Assembly: GCA_016208745.1 (NCBI GenBank) | Contig: JACQXN010000020.1 | Location: forward strand, 9,062-73,061 | Length of the DNA: 64,000 bases | Source: Candidatus Portnoybacteria bacterium | GTDB lineage: Bacteria > Patescibacteriota > Minisyncoccia > Portnoybacterales > GWB1-42-6 | Direction of reading: 5' to 3' | Shown here: positions 61,393-64,000 of the stretch, piece by piece | How the letters are laid out: each line of letters starts with the position of its first letter | Position numbering within the stretch: position 1 is the first letter of the stretch | Position numbers and translations under genes: made by a program | Notes under the pieces: model-generated | Told to the model about the DNA's origin: nothing | The model's database searches: none | What the model saw: the letters and a program-made list of their open reading frames with translations, nothing else

Positions 61393-61521
61393 AAATCCTC
61401 CCTCGCCTCGCTTAAGCTCCGGCGAAGCGGGCCAGCCCTCCCCCGTATCAAGTACGGGGCAAGCTCTAAAGGGAGGGAGCAGGGATTATTCCCCTCCTTT
61501 AGGAGGGGTTAGGGGAGATTT
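61393..61521. repeat. Family A repeat with two nested GC palindromes
   Basis: TCGCC..GGCGA and CCCCGTA/TACGGGG interrupt the AAATCCTCCC..CCCTC..AAAGGGAGGG frame. Confidence 0.82.
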
Positions 61522-61691
61522 AGATTGGTGTAAGAGTTAATTAATTTCAGGAACCATCGCAGATTACATTATTATTCATTAAACCCTAGGCTATTATTTG
61601 TTTGACAGGATTCCTTGAGGCGGTAAAATGATAAATAAACATCGCTTTTTTTGCAGCGGGCGAGTTTTAATAATTATTAAAACTATAAAAA

Positions 61692-62504
61692 ATGAATAAA
61701 AAATCGCTTCTCAATAATTTAATTGTTTTGCTGGCGGCCTTTGCTTTGCTTTTAAGCCCGGTTTTGGCTAAAAACGACAATGCCATAGAAGTTGATATTC
61801 CAGACCAAGATGGGATATATGACGTGCCCGGCCATCAGGAACTTAAACTAAGAGTTATTGTCCACAAAGAGAAACCGGCAAAAACCGATCCAGAGGCTTT
61901 GCAATCTTTTGTCTGCACTCTCTCCGATCCTGATTCTCTGTCATTTATTGGCGCAACCGGCTGGTATTTGGCAACAACAACACCTTTCGTTTATACCTTA
62001 AATCCAAGCAGTGTGCCCGCTTCCATTGGCGCCAGCAACTTGCCAAAAATAGCGGAAAATTCATTTAAGGTTTGGACGGATGCGATTGGCAATAAGGTGA
62101 CTATTTCAAGAAACCCGATAAACACTTTAATCGCCAAAAAAGCTCTTGATGGCAAAAATATTATTGCCTGGAACAGATTGTCAAAATCAATTTTAGGCGT
62201 TACCTACACTTGGTATTACACGAGCACCGGTTTAGTAGCGGAGATTGATACCATAATGAATAAAAGCGTTGCTTGGAGCTGGTCTAATCCGACAACCTGG
62301 CCCCTGCCCTATATTTGCGCTGATAAATATTCTTATGACGCGCAGAATATCCTAACTCATGAAATCGGCCATTGGTTTGGCCTGATTGATAGATATGAGA
62401 CTGATTATGCCGCAAACACAATGTATGGTTATGGTTCAAAAATGGAAACAAAGAAGGATACTCTAACTGAAGGCGATATTTTGGGGGTAGAGGCGATTTA
62501 TTAA
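61692..62504 (+). CDS. Secreted matrixin (M10-like) metallopeptidase
   Basis: Signal peptide; HEIGHWFGL zinc motif; TMY Met-turn; promoter TTGACA-16-TAAAAT (61602-61629). Confidence 0.88.
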   Translation: MNKKSLLNNLIVLLAAFALLLSPVLAKNDNAIEVDIPDQDGIYDVPGHQELKLRVIVHKEKPAKTDPEALQSFVCTLSDPDSLSFIGATGWYLATTTPFVYTLNPSSVPASIGASNLPKIAENSFKVWTDAIGNKVTISRNPINTLIAKKALDGKNIIAWNRLSKSILGVTYTWYYTSTGLVAEIDTIMNKSVAWSWSNPTTWPLPYICADKYSYDAQNILTHEIGHWFGLIDRYETDYAANTMYGYGSKMETKKDTLTEGDILGVEAIY

Positions 62505-62527
62505 AACAGAGAAGTATTTATTTCAAA

Positions 62528-62563
62528 AACAGTCCGTTCGTAAAGGCGATCGGGCTGTTTTTT
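62528..62563 (+). terminator. Intrinsic terminator
   Basis: AACAGTCCG...CGGGCTGTTTTTT. Confidence 0.65.
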
Positions 62564-62574
62564 ATGTCTTTTTT

Positions 62575-62743
62575 CCTCCTCTCAGACTTGCCCCGTTCAG
62601 CGGGGTGAAGGAGAGGTAGGGTGGGGTGTTGAAAAGACAAATTTTACAATAATTCCCTCTCCTCAGTTGAGGAGAGGGGAAGGGTGAGGTGATGTTTTCA
62701 AATCAACACCACCCCCAACCCCTCCTCATCTGAGGAGGGGAGG
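62575..62743. repeat. Cluster of three family A hairpins
   Basis: CCCTCTCCTCAGTTGAGGAGAGGG and CCCCTCCTCATCTGAGGAGGGG. Confidence 0.85.
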
Positions 62744-62947
62744 AATCATTTTAGGGTTTTCCACAGATTTCTCCACATTTGGTTCACTTTTCATAAACAG
62801 CGCGATTTTGACGCTGTTTTTTTGTTTGGTTAAACTGATATAACGGGCTGGAAAAAGCGAGATTTTTTTCATCTGAAATTAATCTTTGTTATTTTAGAAT
62901 GCGATTGGGACATGATTATTTTATTTTAATTTTTTCAATTAGTTAAA

Positions 62948-63202
62948 AAACCACCTAATTATCAATAACTATGCTGAGGGAAAAACCCAAAATTGCATTT
63001 ATAGTTAGCTGAAAAGAAAGGGTGGTTTTTATTTGTTTGTCAAAATTTTAGAACTCGCCGCAGCGAGCGATAAAAATTTTATAACAAACAAATAACCCCG
63101 CACTTATTCTTACCAAAGAGCAAGAATGTCAAAGAACAAAGGCGTAGCCGTTTCGTGCGATAAGACGGAAATAAGAATACTTGGCTGGAATAAGTGCGGG
63201 GT
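62948..63202 (+). ncRNA. Conserved structured leader, copy 2
   Basis: See 55868-56137; promoter TTGACG-17-TAAACT at 62808-62836. Confidence 0.72.
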
Positions 63203-63409
63203 AACTCCCGATAAATAATTGCTCTCTCTATCAGAAAGTCCTTGATAGGTGGGGGAAAAGGTCGAAAAGTGGCTTCCCTTGGTTCTGCAGAAACGGAGCT
63301 AAGGCGAGCCACTTTAAGTAAAAAATTAATAAATTAGTCAATTAACGAATTAAAGAATTAACGAATTAAATCCGTTAATCCGTTAATGCGTTAATAAATA
63401 ATAATTAAT

Positions 63410-64000
63410 ATGAAGAAGATTATATTAAGTTTAAGCATTATCGCGGCGGCCGCGGCAGTGGTCATCGGCGTCACGACTTCATTTTTTTCCGACACCGAAA
63501 CTTCCAGCGGCAACACCTTTACCGCTGGCGACATTGATCTCCAGATTGATAATGAAAGTTATGTGACTAATGAAGACGGAATATTGGTTGCGAGCCCTAA
63601 TACGAGCTGGGATTTAGCAGATCTTACAATAGAAAAATTTTTTGATTTTGATGATCTAAAACCCGGCGACATTGGCGAGGATACAATTTCAATTCATATT
63701 GGCTCAAACGACGCATGGGTTTGCGCTGCGGCAAGAATTACCGCAGACGAAGATGTTACGTGTACTGAGCCAGAAGGCGATGACGATTCAAATTGCGCCG
63801 AGTCGGGCGCGGGGCTTGGAGAGTTAGATGAAGAAATAAATTTTGCATTTTGGGTAGACGATGGTGATAACGTGCTTGAGGATAATGAGGTTAGCTCTAT
63901 TTTTCTCGAAGGACCATTAAGCGGAATTGGCGCGCAGGGGCAAATTACCTTGGCGGATTTCGATGAATCGATTCTTCCAGACAAAGGTCCTATTCCGGGC
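63410..64000 (+). CDS. TasA/CalY-like protein with SipW-class signal peptide, 3'-truncated by window edge (absent from ORF track)
   Basis: MKKIILSLSIIAAAAAVVIGVTTSFFSDTETSSGNTFTAGDIDL...LKPGD; open to the window end. Confidence 0.88.
   Translation, partial: MKKIILSLSIIAAAAAVVIGVTTSFFSDTETSSGNTFTAGDIDLQIDNESYVTNEDGILVASPNTSWDLADLTIEKFFDFDDLKPGDIGEDTISIHIGSNDAWVCAAARITADEDVTCTEPEGDDDSNCAESGAGLGELDEEINFAFWVDDGDNVLEDNEVSSIFLEGPLSGIGAQGQITLADFDESILPDKGPIPG

Overview
AT-rich bacterial chromosome segment read with genetic code 11. Gene content and style suggest a Patescibacteria/CPR (Parcubacteria-like) genome (inference): alpha2-type GlyRS, shortened Mfd, DUF11 surface proteins, and housekeeping starts without Shine-Dalgarno (SD) sites. 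Bases 1-49.6 kb are mostly housekeeping genes (recO, proS, tgt, glyQS, rsmI, metG, tatD, def, leuS, tsaC, tRNA-Leu, parAB, rel, topA, dprA, mfd, pth, lepB, hisS, rpsU, ybeY, ftsA, ftsZ) with orphan gene cassettes in between. Bases 49.8-64 kb form an extracellular-matrix-like island: a processive GT2 synthase, three secreted CE4 deacetylases with CBM-like domains, three secreted proteins sharing an unnamed TGxN...TGDA beta-repeat, a matrixin, and a TasA/SipW-class protein. Two of its operons share a long leader with covarying stems, a candidate new cis-regulatory RNA. The window also carries several small palindromic and periodic repeat families. These nest inside each other, insert in-frame into housekeeping genes and bracket a GxxExxY nuclease gene, and one left a readable insertion scar at the mfd 3' end. 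Two genes, including leuS, contain an in-frame TAG. No CRISPR array, rRNA, transposase, integrase or reverse transcriptase was seen. All homology calls come from recognising motifs by eye; no database searches were run.
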